Shown one piece after another: positions 1-12,499 of a DNA stretch of 64,000 bases. The DNA lies in assembly GCF_004010195.1 (NCBI RefSeq), contig NC_057718.1, forward strand, positions 60,134,137 to 60,198,136. Direction: 5' to 3'. Each line of letters opens with the position of its first letter. Positions within the stretch are counted from its first letter, which is position 1. The notes below the pieces were generated by a model. That model was not told where the DNA came from and made no database searches. It was given only the letters and a program-made list of their open reading frames with translations. The translations under genes were made by a program, and so were the position numbers. The stretch comes from Chiloscyllium plagiosum. Its lineage: Eukaryota.

Positions 1-109
1 GTTAGCTCTGGCCCTGGATTCACTGAAGACTCTCTCCATTTCTCTCCCTCTCCCACTCCGATCAATCCACTCCTCTCTGAGTGCTGCTCTGCCTGAGCTT
101 TGCTATGAC

Positions 110-395
110 TTCAAAAGGAAGGCATCTCAGCCCATTGAGTCTCTGCCAGCTCTTTTTATTGGTCTGATTTCCCAGCATTTTTCCTCCATAATTCTGTGAT
201 TATTTATTCAAGGATAATTTAAAGCTGTGTCCATCACCACCTAGGCAGTACATTCCAAATCTAGCCACCCATTGTGTCAAGAAGATTTTATTTCTACTGC
301 TTCTGATTCCTTTATCCAATCACATTACATCCGTGCCCTCTGAATTTACCCTTGACCCACTGGAAAAACTTCTCTTTGTTCACCTTTCACCTTTT
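110..395 (-). mobile_element. Old CR1-clade LINE 3' fragment
   Basis: Diverged match to reverse-strand CR1 3' motifs seen elsewhere in the window (agcccattgagtctctgccag; tccatcaccacctaggcagtacattccaaat; ccgtgccctctg). Confidence 0.5.
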
Positions 396-877
396 GGGCT
401 TCTGTGATCTAAGCCAGACTATTATAAGGTTAGATCCACAACCTGCTGAGTGAACGGCAATAGACTTTACTGGATGTAACAATATACAGAAGATGGTGAG
501 AGAGGACATCTTACCTGGAGCCGAAAAGGCCCAACCTCCGGTTTCATCAGATCTGGCATTACTTTTTTACACATGTAACGCAGATCAAATGTGTAATTTC
601 CTTCACTTTAATTCCCATCCCCATTAAAGTTCTGCTGCTGTATTCTCTTTTTTGTCACCCTTCACTCTTAATATCTTCAAATCACTCTTCAAATCACTTT
701 TCCACTTAAACCTCTTCCACACTCAAACAAGCCTCTTGTGCCTTGTGCATTGCCAGGAACTTGCAGTATAGATGCTGTGTGCCGTATTTAAACTTCAGCC
801 ATGCATCAATTCCAATGCTGTCAGTCAGGAATGACACTCCAAGTCAGCTGCCACACCACGTTTTGAATGGAGATTGC

Positions 878-1526
878 TGAAAAAGGGAAATTGGCTTCAG
901 TTTCATTGGCAGGGCCCTGGAGGTCCTGGTAGGCAGAATGCTAGCTAGGAGGGTAGCAATTTTACCTGAAGATTGCCAATGGAGGTCAGGTCACCAAAAC
1001 GGGCCAGCCTACTCAGTGATGGCCACTCACGTCAGTGCCATTCCCACAGTCAGAACGAATGCCTAGCAGTGCTGCTAGGAGGTCAATGGCCTTATACACT
1101 CCACAAGAATAAGTGCCACCATCTTCTCTCTGCTATGTTCTAACTCTGTGACTGTATACACTTCGCACTAGTGCTAATGGTCTACCACTCACATGCAGCA
1201 CCTTCACTCAATGGCTCTCACCAAACTCATCTTCCAAAACGATTAACCCTTCCCCACCTCTGAACTTCCTACATGTTCACTGGGAACACCTTCCCTGCTT
1301 GAATGCTGTTCCTAAAAGTTTTTTTCCCAGTACTCACTGAGACTTCCAACTTTGCCTCATTGTAGGAGAAATGTTCTCACAATCAGTCAGAAAGGGCAAA
1401 GACAGAGGGTGAGTTTGTTGAAATTAATCTCTTCACATCCTATGAGGGAAACTAATTGGTTTACCAGGAGAGCGCTCTGACCACTCATAGGTAGGAATTC
1501 CAAGACCTCCATGTTCACTCAACCAA
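878..1526 (+). pseudogene. Decayed Myb/SANT-like DNA-binding gene of a PIF/Harbinger transposon (two exons, ~878-1108 and 1366-1526)
   Basis: Frame from 902: FIGRALEVLVGRMLARRVAILPED...PAYSVMATHVSAIPTVRTNA*QCC*EVNGL, resembling the trihelix pattern F...LEVLV...W..vA..VSA....R...QC.kk.NdL. After tgtag (1361-1365) the frame reads EKCSHNQSERAKTEGE (KTGGG-like motif). Donor gtaag at 1527. Internal stops. Confidence 0.7.
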
Positions 1527-2589
1527 GTAAGCTTCATTGCACTGTTCTCCCATTATCACCATTGTTAACATATTCTTAATATTATTATAACCTTATCCGT
1601 TCGTTTTAACTTTTCATACTATAACTAACTTCTAACATTCATTTTGAGAGAAACAAGTTTTGTCAGGAAAGACGGGGAGGTTAATGATTCAGTTAGCACT
1701 CCCATCTTTCCCATCTTCAACTTCCTCACCCCTGCCCCATCCCTCCCCTCTCCCATACCTCCCGCTCCCCTTCCCCCACACCTGCTGGAGAATTGACCTT
1801 GGAGACAGCTTGAAACAGCACAGGTTGGGATTGGCCACTGACTGGTTAGTCACACCCATGTTGCAGAAAGCCATTGAAAGCTAAGCGGAAGTCTTACCCT
1901 GTGAGCTGACAACAAGTGGGGGGAAAAAACAGTAAGGAAAGTTACAATTTGGATGAAAAAAAGAGGGGCTGGAGTTGTAAATTCAAAACCTGCAGTGCTG
2001 TGTGAGGAATCGATGTGGAGAATTTGAGCAGTGAGGTGAGGAGAGGAGACACCCTGTGAGTGCCCGCTTGGTAGGGTCCATGAGGATATCGCTTGAAGCA
2101 ACAAGCAGATAACTATGACTGGAGCAGTAAAGGTCAGACTGTAAGGCTTTTTTCAGTGAGGAGCTATATCATGACTGTCTGACTGGTCAGGTACCACAAG
2201 GAGAGTGCTCAAAAGGAGGAACCAACCCAACTCAGTAATGCTTTCAAAGATCTCAGCTCTTCCCTCATCAAACTGCCATTGAGCTGCTCAGAGAAGCACA
2301 TGTGGTGGTCGAAACTCCTCATCTGAAATTCAAATACTCTGACCCTAGCCATGTGGCTTGCCATATTTTTTCTTTCTATCTTTAACCTATTATCACCCTC
2401 CATTACTGACCTTTTGTTTTGTCTGTCTGTTTTAAATACCAGCTTGGGGGAAAGAGGGACTTTTGGTCTAACAGTCCAGGTAGTTAGTATGAAGCTTTAA
2501 GAGTTTGTATCATTGCCATTCCTAGAATTTCTTGAGTATTTTTCCTCAGGAATAAATAGTTTATCCTGTTTTACATAACACAAATAGGG

Positions 2590-2960
2590 GTCAGAAATCT
2601 TCGTGATAAGCATAGCTCAGGCAGAGTAAATTGGAGTCCGGAGAAGGACTCCTGAGCTTGTTTACTTGACCTTTTCCTTTTTTTCTCTCTTGCTCTTTTT
2701 GTGTTTCTTTTCTTTTTCTTTTCATCTCCCATCCTCTGGTGGCATCGGTGATGTCAGGGATGAGAGCCAGCACAGGTTCCTGGACTCAGTGTGGACTCAC
2801 ATCCCAGTACTCCCAGCCTCAAAGTGAAGCCCAGTGTGATCTAGTTTGGAAGACTGTTATTCTGAACTCATTTCTCTATTTTTCTAAAGTATTGCTGGAT
2901 TTTTTATTTCTTCATTTTTCTATTTTTTCCTAAGAATTTACACTAAAGAATCTGTGCCTT
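2590..2960 (+). mobile_element. Truncated non-coding element resembling those at 46037-46977 and 53768-54419
   Basis: Same layout: pyrimidine tract, GC-rich ggactc/cctgga motifs, T-rich tract, then aagaatctgtgcct (compare atgattctgtacct on the minus strand near 46150-46165). Confidence 0.35.
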
Positions 2961-2984
2961 GTTAAAGAATGCAGCTGCTTTATT

Positions 2985-3400
2985 GTACGATGCCCTCAAA
3001 GGTAATGTGCATAAAGTCTGAAGCACCCTGCACCTGGGGGATGCTAGAAATACTGAAAAAATCCCATTGCTTGGACTGTAGGACTGACCTCAACATGGGG
3101 GAGAGATGAAGAGATGTGATCCTGCACAACTGTATTTGGAACATCAGTGATACACTTGTGGGTTAAGGATTTGGAAATTTTACATAGGTCCTGCAATGGA
3201 TGCTTGGAATGGGCTAGTCATATAAAAATTACATGCTGCTGTCACTGCGATGATAAGTGGGATGGAATAGCCACACACTCCCTCAGAGCATAAGCTCTGT
3301 TCCAGTAGATGGCCTAGTTCTATTATAGTGCCCTGGGACATCTTAGTCTGCACCAGTATTGAGCTTCGGTCGTTTGGAGGAAATGCAATTGACGATGGCA
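2985..3400 (-). pseudogene. PIF/Harbinger DDE transposase remnant (HARBI1-like N-terminal half)
   Basis: ORF 3180-3455 gives KMSQGTIIELGHLLEQSL...IPLIIAVTAACNFYMTSPFQAS. Reading through the stop gives ISKSLTHKCITDV...QAMGFFSISSIPQVQGASDFMHIT, which matches the Harbinger motifs AL.FyA.GsfQ..gd..gISQ and gF..iaG.P.V.GAIDcTHi. Confidence 0.8.
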
Positions 3401-5845
3401 CACTTTTAAATCTTACCTGCATCCTGGGCTGAGCCTTCTGTTCCAGCTTCCTCATGTAGAGACTACTCAGGATCTGCAGGAGGGTTGATGTTGTCCCTGC
3501 ATTTGGTGATGACTTTAAATCAACTCAAGTCATCTGCACAGTCTTTGTACATCTGCGAGTGTTAGTAGCATCTGCTGTTGTTAGAGCAATTCAGGATGGG
3601 TGCAATGAACCAGTGTGGGCAATGTCACAAACAAAATACTCTTCTTAGTAATATGATTCCTGAGCAGTTGTATCAAACATAAATGAAACTTTGATAGAGA
3701 GCATGATACAGTAGGATTGAAGACCTTGTAGAAGGAGGGTGTGAAATGTTTGAAATGGAACTGTGAGATATTAAAACATGTGTACATGTATGCTCACAAA
3801 TCTTCTCACACAAGACATGAGACTATTATAACGATGGTAGGAGTACTATTACTTTGCACCCCATCCCTATATCTGCCATGAAAATCAACATTGCATATAA
3901 GGACAGTATCTACTGCTCTCACTTACACTTCTGTTTGAGAGGAGAATATCTCTGTATTCTTCCATAGCTGTGAAATCTTCACAATGTGTTTGCGAAGTGA
4001 AGAACATGGTTGACACTTTTAAGATCATCCGCAATCACTTCTGCTCCACAAAGCTTAATTGAATTAATTTGCCATGATCTATAGAATTGCTGTTATTGCA
4101 CGTAACCAAGATTTGGAACATATGTTTTTGATCAATGTGTGAGCAAAGGAACTTAATGCCAAATATGTTTCATCATTGATTCAATGGATGCCTGATTGAT
4201 CCAAATACCCCTTAAAGAGTTTCACATCACCCACAAGTACACCCACACTTGCAGACAAAGCAAAACAAATCTGCCTGCTGTGATGTGCTGGTAGGAATCT
4301 TCCATCCATTGTGCACAGCTGACATTTGATGGAAGATGAAACATTCTCCAAGTCACACACCTGATGGTGAATATCAGGCTCTGCCAAAAAAATCAAGATT
4401 CCATCCCACACTCTTCATTGTACCCTTTTGGAGAGCTGTCCCTATCAATCCTATTAACTTCAAGGCTCCCCACATTTGTGTCCAATTATTTTACATAATG
4501 ATCACTGTCCTCTAGATCCCCTACCACTAGCTCAATCCCAGCTATGTCCACTGTCACAGTCACCCCATTAAAGTCAGGGTGGTGCTGGTTTACAAATATA
4601 CCCTCCTGCAGCACCCTGTGTCCTCCCAAGATATAACCCCTCCGTGCCCCAGTACAATGTCTCCAATTCCCACACTTGAGTTTTCCACTTATCTCAATGC
4701 AGCCTGAACTGGCCACTGCTAAGCCTTTTGACTTCTATTGTGCAAACCAGGACCTACCTTACTTTGCAACACTCCCCCTCCCACCACACCCAGACTAACT
4801 TTTGAGGGTAGCCAAGCTGTCTATCTGATGTCTCTACAACTCCCTGACTTACTTATCTCCAATTCTCAGACTAGTTGGACTGACCATGATCCAGTCACCA
4901 AACGGGAGGGACACTGATTCCCCTTACAGTTAATGTTCTCTGTGTATAATTGCAAAGATTTGTTGCATACAATGTTTTGCTACTTGTGCAGTTGTGGCAC
5001 TATCCACTCTGATTGAAGGTTTGATGCTCTTGAATTTGTTTTAGAAGCTTTGAGACTTCTTCCTTGTAGGATTGAGGAGGCTTTTCTAACTTTATAATTC
5101 TTGCTACCTCAAATTCGATGGTCACTTTACTAGCTGTAGAAATGTTAACATATTTGGATACTTTCATATGTGATTGAGGTAATGCAAGGTCAACTTGTTG
5201 CTTCCCAGCGATGATCTTGCCTTCTCTTTAAATGTGACTGCAATTCTGTTGTTGCAGCTCCTTGGCAGGTTCTTGCAATACATTTTACTTTAAAAAAATG
5301 GATTGATTCTTCTCTTAGGAAATGGTTGTATTTTTAGGAACTTGCATGTCTGAGCTGAAACCTTTCTGAATTTTCAGATTCAAGTAAATAGATGATTTGT
5401 ATCCTGGATTTCTTCAGTGTACTTGCATGCACAAATTAGCCAGGAATGGAAACATTGAGCAAGAAGTGAAGATTTGGCTTTGGGTGAAATTTGTATCAAT
5501 AAATAAGCACCATTTTGAAAATTGCTTTCTTCCCTCATTTTAAGGTCAAATTCAGGTTCTGGCTGCAAGGCAAAATGAAGTCTCAGGTCACCTTTTCTAG
5601 GGATCTTGTTCTATGTGGAAACGCAGCCAGTCAGTTGTAAACTTTCACTGGGATTGAAGGCTCTGTCTACCAAAAGCTACAGGCCAGTTAGAGGATGGAA
5701 TCTCTATTCAACAGCAATACCACTCAAAGGCAGATGTTGCTGCTGTGGTGCCAGCCCAAAGCCTCTGACCATTGCTAGGAGTGATTGCATGAGGTGGACT
5801 CACACGATGATCATCATGGAAGAAGGGCAGTGGCAAAAGCAAAGG

Positions 5846-6240
5846 GAGTCATAGAGATGTATAGCACAGAAACAGACCCTTCGGTCCAACTAGTCCATAA
5901 TGCACAGATATCCCAACCTAATCGAGTCCCACTTGCCAGCACCTGGCTCATATCCCTCCAAACCCTTCCTATTCATATACCCATCCAAGTGCCTTTTAAA
6001 TGTTGCAATTGTACCAGCCTCCAAATCTTCCTCTGGTAGCTCATTCCATACATGCACCACCCTCTGCGTGAAAACATCTTTCCTTAGGTTTCTTTTATAT
6101 CTTTCCCCCTCACTCTAAACCTATGCCCTCTAGTTTTGGACTCCCCCACCCCAGGGAAAAGACCTTGTCTATTTATCCTATCCATGTCCTTTATGATTTT
6201 ATAAACTTCTATAAGGTCACCCCTCAGCCTCCGATGTTCC
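5846..6240 (-). mobile_element. HER1/CR1 LINE 3' end
   Basis: gagtcatagag tail; minus ORF RRLRGDLIEVYKIIKDMDRINRQGLFPGVGESKTRGHRFRV is the CR1 ORF2 C-terminus. Confidence 0.9.
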
Positions 6241-7691
6241 CTCATTACTGATGATAGTTGCTTGAACAGGTACCAAGTGCCCTTGGAAGGAAACCATACT
6301 CCCATGAGAGCCTGCAAGATTTCTGTGATGATACTGTGGCTTTAAGAGGTATGCTTGATCTTTTATAGCGAGATTGTGGATAGGTGATGCACAGTCAAAC
6401 AGAAGATAAACAACTCATGAAACCTTGGGTTCTTTTAAGTTGGAACAATAGAAGCAGCCTGAAGGGGTGTGGTCAAGCTCCCACAGAACCAGAATTTTTA
6501 GATTTAGCATTCAGCTGAAGTTTGTTGGGTTGTGAATAGCTGCCACATCTCTCTTTGCTACAGCTGAAAGCTGGAGGTCTCTCTCTCTCTCCCTCTCTCT
6601 CTCTCAGAATTGCCTTTTGATGTTATTTTGTCCTGAATTGGAGAAGATAGAAGACAGAGGGTGATGGTGGAGGGTTGTTTTTCAGACTGGAGGCCTGTGA
6701 CCAGTGGAGTGTCACAAGGATTGGTGCTAGGTCCACTACTTTTCATCATTTATACAAATCATTTGGATGTGAGCATAAGAGATATAGTTAGTAAGTTTGC
6801 TGATGGCACCAAAATTAGAGGTGTAGTGGAGACCAAAGAAGTTTACCTCAGATTACAATGGGACCTTGATCAGATGGGCAAATGAGCTGAGAAGTGGCAG
6901 ATGGAGTTTAATTTAGATAAATGTGAAGTGCTGCATTTTGGGAAAGCAAATCTTAGCAGGACTTACACACTTAATAGTAAGGTCCCAGGGAGTGTTGCTG
7001 AACAAAGGGACCTTGGAGTGCAGGTTCATAGCTCCTTGAAAGTGGAGTCGCAGGTAGATAGGATAGTGAAGAAGGCATTTGGTATGCTTTCCTCTATCGG
7101 TCAGAATATTGAGTACAGGAGTTGGGAAGTCATGTTGCAGCTGTACAGGACATTGGTTAGGCCACTGTTGGAATATTGCGTGCAATTCTGGTCTCCTTCC
7201 TATCAGAAAGATGTTGTGAAACTTAACAGGGTTCAGAAAAGGTTTATAAGGATGTTACCAGGGTTGGAGGATTTGAGCTATAGGGAGAGGTTGAATAAGC
7301 TAGGGCTGTTTTCCCTGGAGCTTCAGATGCTGGGGGGGGGTTACCTTATAGAGATTTATAAAATCATGAGGGACATGGATAGGATCAATAGAAAAAGTCT
7401 TTTCCCTGGGATCAGGGAGTTCAAAACTAGAGGGCATAGGTTTAGGGTGAGAAGGGAAAGATATAAAAGAGACCTAAGGGGCAACTGTTTCACTCAAAGG
7501 GTGGTGCGTGTATGGAAGGAGCTGCCAGAGGATGTGTTGGAGGCTGGTACAATTGTAACATTTAAAAGGCACTGGATGGGTATATGAATAAGAAGGGTTT
7601 GGAGGGATATTGGCCAGATGCTGGCAGGTGGGATTAGATTGGGTTGGGACGTCTGGTTGGCACGGATGAGTTGGACTGGAGGGTGTGTTTG

Positions 7692-8998
7692 CACAGGCTG
7701 TAGATTTGCTCGCTGAGCTGTAGGTTTGATATCCAGACGTTTCATTACCTGGCTAGGTAACATCATCAGTGGCGACCTCCAAGTGAAGCAAAGCTTTTGT
7801 CTCCTGCTTTCTGTTTATATGTTTGTCCTGGATGGGGTTCCTGGGGTTTGTGGTGATGTCATTTCCTGTTCATTTTCTGAGCGGTTGATAGATGGTATCT
7901 AGATCTATGTGTTTGTTTATGGCGTTGTGGTTGGAGTGCCAGGCCTCTCGGAATTCTCTGGCATGTCTTTGCTTAGCCTGTCCCAGGATAGATGTGTTGT
8001 CCAAGTCGAAATGCTGTTTTTTTTCATCCGTGTGTAGGGCTACGAGAGAGAGGGTCGTGTCTTTTTGTGGCTAGCTGGTGTTTGTGTATCCTGGTGGCTA
8101 ACTTCCTTCCTGTTTGTTCTACGTAAGGTGTGTGGCAGTCCTTGCATGGGATTTTGTAGACGACGTTGGTTTTGTCCATGGGTTGTACTGGGTCTTTTAA
8201 GTTTGTTAGTTTTTGTTTGAGAGTGTTGGTGGGTTTGTGTGCTACTAGGATTCCGAGGGGTCTTAGTAGTCTGGCTGTAATTTCTGAGACTTCTTTGATG
8301 TATGGTAAGGTGGTTAGGGTTTCTGGCTGTGTTTGGTCTGCTTGTCGTGGTTTGTTCCTGAGGAATCTGCGGACTGTATTTTTTGAGTATCCATTCTTCT
8401 TGAATACGTTATATAAGTGGCTCTCCTCTGTTTTCTGCAGCTAGTGGACCTGTGCCTCACCACCCACTTCATCTTCAACAACATAATGTACAAACAAACC
8501 AACGGCACACCCATGGGATCTCAGCTATCAGGATTCATAGCAGAAGCGGTAATGCAAAGACTAGCACGAACAGCCCTACCAACCATCAAACCAAAAATCT
8601 GGGTCCGCTACGTAGATGACACCTTTGTCATCACGAAGCGAAACAAGATAGAAGAGACATTTAACATCATCAACAACACCCTCATAGGCATGAAGTTCAC
8701 CAAGGAGGAAGAAACCGACAACAAACTCGCATTCCTGGACGTCACAGTCGAAAGAAAGGACAACAGAGAACTACAAACCTGCGTATACAGAAAACCGACA
8801 AACACTGACCAAATACTTAACTACACCAGCAACCATCCCAACACACACAAAGAAAGCTGTATCAGAACACTATTCCAATGAGCCACATCACACTGCAGCA
8901 CAGACAAACTTCAGAAAACAGAGGAGAACCACCTCAACGAGCAAACCTACACCCTAAACCTCAATCTGAGCTACAAACCTTCACAAACCTTGCAAAAA
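7692..8998. mobile_element. Penelope-like element with internal inversion (GIY-YIG part on -, RT part on +)
   Basis: + 8441-8934: YKQTNGTPMGSQLSG...WVRYVDDTFV...LAFLDVTV...VYRKPTNTD. - 8440-7900: NGYSKN...LPYIKEVSE...NVVYKIPCKDCHTPYVEQTGRKLATRIH (GIY-YIG). TSD agggtgtgtttg 7680-7691 / agggtctgtttg 8999-9010. Confidence 0.93.
7733..7772 (-). ncRNA. Minimal type I hammerhead ribozyme in the Penelope terminal repeat
   Basis: Minus strand: CCA-CTGATGA-T-GTTACCT-agcc-AGGTAAT-GAAA-CG-TC-TGG. Conserved core, 7-bp stem II, 3-bp stem I, palindromic ACGT in place of stem III. Confidence 0.8.
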
Positions 8999-9649
8999 AG
9001 GTCTGTTTGTTTGCTGTACATCTCCAAGACTCTATGACTCTATAACTGTATGTGGGAAAATTTACTTTCAGAATTTGCCTTTTGCCAAGAGTGTGTTTAT
9101 GGGATGTTACTAAATTTGAGTAGTCAATTAGTAATAGTCACTGTATATAATATTCTGATAAGCTTTCCAATAAAGTTGTTATTCTAATTCCTTCTTTCTT
9201 TTGTTGTGTTTTAGCAGTAATGGATGAATAAGGTATGGTTAGCTTTAAATCAGGTAGTTTGACAAATTGAATTGCATCTGGAAAGCAACACCTTACATTT
9301 ACCTTTAAAATAAGGAGAAATTAGGGTCTAGACTACTTTCTGAAATTTTGAAGGGGTTTGGTTTGGTCCACAACACTTCCCCACATGGAGAGTTCCCATC
9401 TGTCGCTTGATTAATTGGAAGAATGCTGAAATGTGGCCTTTAATTGGACACCAATTTCTCATTTTCCAGGTCTCACTTGGCAGTGGTCAGGAAGGCTGGC
9501 CAGAGCTGTTGCCATTAGAGACTATGGAGTAAAAACTTGACACACTCTGCAGTTGCCATTGTCCCAGCTGATTAAATGCCTTTTGCCACCAAACTCATCA
9601 CAGGGAAGGAGATTCCACTTTATTCTCCCACATTCTCACTACACCACAC

Positions 9650-9965
9650 ATTCCTTGATCTGTCTTCTCTTCTGAACCATATTACTTTGCCTTGATGAGT
9701 AAGTTGCTCCTATAATTCTGTTACGTTTTGTGGAAAAAATCCTGCCTGGCTCTTCTCTTCAGATTCCTAACCTTTCATTTTTAGCTGGCGTCCCCTGGTG
9801 TTTGATGTATTTACCATCATGAACAATTTGTCTGGATCAGCATTGTCAATTCCCTTCATAATCTTGAATCCTTCAAATAGGTCACCTTGAAGTGTCCTCT
9901 TTTTAAGAGAGAAACCTAACTTTCTTTGTTCCTTCATAACTTGTTCTTCTGACATTTGAAATCGT
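9650..9965 (-). mobile_element. Old CR1 3' fragment
   Basis: Minus ORF KLGFSLKKRTLQGDLFEGFKIMKGIDNADPDKLF...TRGRQLK. Confidence 0.8.
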
Positions 9966-10762
9966 TCTGGCTTTCAAGGACAATAAAATGCATATTGAGA
10001 ACATTCTGTAATGACTAGAAATAACTTGTTACGTTTTTGCACCCCTTAGGGGTTAGAAGATTCGATAAATTAGTCTCTGGGCTCGCTGAATCTTAGTGTA
10101 CAGCTCTCACAGTGTGGCCTAAGACAAAACCTAACCTTATTTATTGTGAGCATAAAGCAACATAAGCATGCCTACAATACACTATAATTGTCTCAAAATT
10201 ACCAAAATGAATTCTGTTTTCTAAAATAAACCATTGCACACTTCTATAGATTCTGCATACTTGAAAATTATTTCATCAACTGGAAATTTGTTCTATTTTT
10301 ATCGGTTAAATAAAGTGATGGTGCTGAGAGGTAATGTAGGAGTAACAGGGGGTGTTGGTGGGGGGAAAGGTCCGGAACATCTCCTATCAGCCACTGTAAG
10401 TTGGCAGAAATTCCAGAGGCATTTTTCAAGCCTTTCCAGGACTTTCGCACAAACCTTACAGCAAATAAGCAAGAGAACTCCAATGTAATTCCACCCCCTG
10501 AGCTAGGTTCAATTTCTCAACTACCAGTAAGTTCTTCCCAAGGAATTATCCATTTCTGCTGAAAGGAAAGACATCAGGTACACACCCAAACAAGTGCAAG
10601 AATTTCATATTTCTAATGATCACAATAGTTGATATTTTAAGATCAAAGGGTGTAGTTTGTTGAACAAGGCAACTCTGGGGTTTCATAAACATATGACTTT
10701 GAAGGTGCCGATTTATATTAATATTATAGTTTACAAGGCATATGGCATCTGATGTTTCATAA

Positions 10763-11675
10763 AGAGAGATGCTGAGTTCAAACATGGGATGGTATGCTGG
10801 ACCTTTTTAAAGCTCTGGTTAGGCCACAGTTAGAATATTGATTCAAACTCTAGCCAACATGCTTCAAGAAGGCTGGGAAAGTTTTTCCGATAGTACAGAT
10901 GAGATTAACCAGAGTAGTTCCTGAGGTGAGGTAGTTTAACTCCAAACTCAGTGTGTCGAACTTGAGTTGTTCTCCAGGGAACAAAGGCAATTGAAAGGAG
11001 ATTTGACAATGGGTCATAAGATTTCAACAGGTTTTGATAAGATATACAGAGAAAAGCTACATCTGGTAGCTAATATTCAAGGATTAGAGTCCCATCAAGA
11101 TGTAGCATGGTGGCTCAGCGGATAACACAGCTGCCTCACAGTGCCAGGAACACAGGTTCAATTCCACACATGGGCAATTGTTGTGAAGTTTACACATTGT
11201 CTCTGTGTCTGGGTGCTCTAGTTTCGTCCTCCTGTCAAAGATACACAGGCTAGGTGGATCGGCTATGCTAAATTGCCCATAGTGTGCAGGTTAGGTGAAT
11301 TAGCCATGGAAATGATTGGTTACAGGGATAGGGTAGGTTTTAGTGAGATGCTCTTTGGAGGGTCAGTGTGGACTTGTTGGGCCAAATGGCAAGCTTCCAC
11401 ACTATTGGGATCCCATGATTTTAAGATATTAGGCAATAGATATAATAGAGGCTGGGAAGAAGAACACATTCATGCAGCAAGAGTTAATGACCTGAAACTC
11501 ACAGGAAAAATGTATTTAATAATTTCAAAAGAAAGCTAGATAGGAACAAGAGGGAAGTAAACCTGCTGGACTACAGGAATTGAATAGGGAAGTGATTGGA
11601 TTGCTGTAAAGAGAGCTGGCATGGATATGATAGGACAAAGGGCCTCTTTCTCCATTGTAATGAGGATATGACTCT
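10763..11675 (+). mobile_element. Old CR1 3' fragment interrupted by an HE1 SINE
   Basis: ctctggttaggccacagttagaatattg (LVRPxLEY), ggagatttgac, and a 3' UTR-like end with atgactc. Confidence 0.65.
11103..11420 (+). mobile_element. HE1-like tRNA-derived SINE
   Basis: gcatggtggctcagcgg (A box), ggttcaattcc (B box), gctaaattgcccatagtg core. Confidence 0.85.
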
Positions 11676-12499
11676 CGGACTGTGTGCTTTTTATTCCAAT
11701 TAAATAGCCTTATGTGTGATTATTTTAGCTTTTAAAGATATTACTCTGCTCAGTGAGCCACATGCTTTGATAGTTGAAAATTTGAAAACAATAAACTTCA
11801 GAAGCAGCTTCACTGGTGTCATTTGTTTGCTAAAAATCAGAGAGAAATATCGTCCATTGTGATCTATCAGATCACATGCTACACCACCTTGTGAGAATAA
11901 TCATACAACTGGACAGGTGCCCATATAAATAATCACTGGTTGATGAAAGTATTGTATTTTTACTAAAATACTCTCACCAGGTTGCCTTTCATACTGGTCT
12001 CACACCTTGTTCAAGTGCTTCCACATCACACATTTAAAGCAGTAATGGCCACTCGAATTGACAAATTCCCCATAAAACCAGAAGACCGGGACCTTCTCAT
12101 GAAGTGCTATTGATTTTTTTCAGTTTCAGGCACAGTTGCCAGAGATACAACACTGTTGTTTAGAACAGAACAATTCTTGGGTTGCAATATCACAGGAGGG
12201 ATCCTTTTTGAACATAGCTGTCAATGGGTTTAAGTGATAAATAATGTATTTTTGTGATAACTGCCATATTATTTTGTCGGTTTTATTTGGCTCAGCAGCC
12301 ATGTCATGACAAATATGTTTCTCTGTCACTTACAGGTTCTGTACAACAGTGCTGAACTGCTCACAGCTTTAAATGATGGAACTTATAGTGAGGGTGCAAC
12401 TTCTGTGAGGTCACTTACTTGGCATCCAAGTTCTCAGATGTGCATATTGGCTTTTAGATATTCTATCCAGCCCCATGCAATAATTTAACACAACAGGAC

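Larger units (their letters stand above)
6645..9044 (+). mobile_element. 5'-truncated HER1/CR1 LINE (RT C-terminal half plus 3' UTR), interrupted by Penelope
   Basis: ORFs 6661-6885 (VTSGVSQGLVLGPLLFIIY...SKFADGTK, RT motifs B and C) and 6901-7587. The 3' UTR resumes at 8999 and ends gactctatgactcta. Confidence 0.93.
6324..9375. mobile_element. Solo LTR split by a HER1 insertion (arms ~6324-6644 and ~9045-9375)
   Basis: TGTGATG...CACAACA termini. The right end (gggtttggtttggtccacaaca) is the reverse complement of the start of the LTR at 15890. Flanking 5-mers atttc/cttcc match only 3/5. Confidence 0.65.

Noticed and set aside
405..590. Possible hammerhead (minus ctgatga) or Penelope IDFLDVTIY scrap
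   Set aside because: No GAAA after a stem II on that strand, and the protein motif needs a frameshift and is too short.
6901..7587. 228-aa ORF as a host gene
   Set aside because: It is the CR1 ORF2 C-terminus of a 5'-truncated LINE with an upstream stop.
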